From a bacterium (GTDB lineage: Bacteria; Sysuimicrobiota; Sysuimicrobiia; Sysuimicrobiales; Humicultoraceae): 24,000 nt of DNA. Below are positions 23,866-24,000 of this stretch, piece after piece (position 1 is the first letter of the stretch; each line of letters opens with the position of its first letter). Location of the stretch: positions 1 to 24,000 of the forward strand of contig JASEHJ010000019.1 in the NCBI GenBank assembly GCA_030018905.1, given 5' to 3'. Made by a program: the position numbers and the translations under genes. The notes below the pieces were generated by a model. That model worked only from the letters and a program-made list of their open reading frames with translations, did not search any database and was not told the origin of the DNA.

Positions 23866-23874
23866 GGTTAGAAC

Positions 23875-24000
23875 ATGCGGCACACCCTGTGGCAGAGCTT
23901 TGAGTACGCGGGCCGTGGGCTGGTGGCGGCTATGGCCTCCCAACGAACCATGAGGATTCACGTTCTCGTCGCGTGCGCGGTATCGGCCGCGGTGGTATGG
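23875..24000 (+). CDS. dgkA: Diacylglycerol/undecaprenol kinase DgkA family, N-terminal fragment (continues beyond the window)
   Basis: From ATG 23875 the translation is MRHTLWQSFEYAGRGLVAAMASQRTMRIHVLVACAVSAAVVW. This matches the DgkA N-terminal pattern (SF.YA..G........N.RIH). The position after ybeY matches Bacillus. It is absent from the ORF track because the frame runs off the window. Confidence 0.7.
   Translation, partial: MRHTLWQSFEYAGRGLVAAMASQRTMRIHVLVACAVSAAVVW

Noticed and set aside
1-24000. CRISPR arrays, rRNA genes, IS elements with terminal inverted repeats, or recognisable defence-system genes.
   Set aside because: Reading through the window, I found no regularly spaced direct repeats, no rRNA-like segments, no transposase-like ORFs and no nuclease/helicase/methylase-type accessory genes. 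Apart from 190-1151, every gene has an ordinary housekeeping assignment.

Overview
This is a GC-rich bacterial chromosomal window (roughly two-thirds G+C by eye, not computed). It is densely packed and almost entirely on the + strand, and nearly all of it is housekeeping. In order it contains:
- the 3' end of a citrate-synthase-family gene;
- a small decayed accessory patch: a tyrosine-recombinase C-terminal remnant, an intact-looking mazEF-type toxin-antitoxin pair and a 3' tRNA fragment;
- a sigma70-like promoter with a clear T-box riboswitch leader;
- a small predicted lipoprotein, then thrS, comEC and holA;
- rpsT, the only - strand gene;
- murJ, CIRCE-hrcA, dnaJ, prmA and rsmE;
- an arginine cluster, argC-argJ-argB-argD-argG-argH-argR;
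- phoH, a 7TM-HD (PgpH-like) gene, ybeY and the start of dgkA.

The order mirrors the Bacillus subtilis blocks comEC-holA-rpsT, hrcA..dnaJ-prmA-rsmE and phoH-yqfF-ybeY-dgkA. Together with the T-box and CIRCE elements, this suggests a high-GC Bacillota-like lineage (inference only).

I do not see a convincing novel multi-gene system. The points most worth a second look are:
- the T-box leader, whose first downstream gene is an uncharacterised lipoprotein rather than thrS, and whose specifier register is ambiguous;
- the eroded integrative-element remnant with a surviving TA module;
- hrcA-dnaJ without grpE-dnaK;
- two promoters placed so that the mRNAs would be leaderless or nearly so.

Many long out-of-frame and antisense ORFs in the track are high-GC artefacts.
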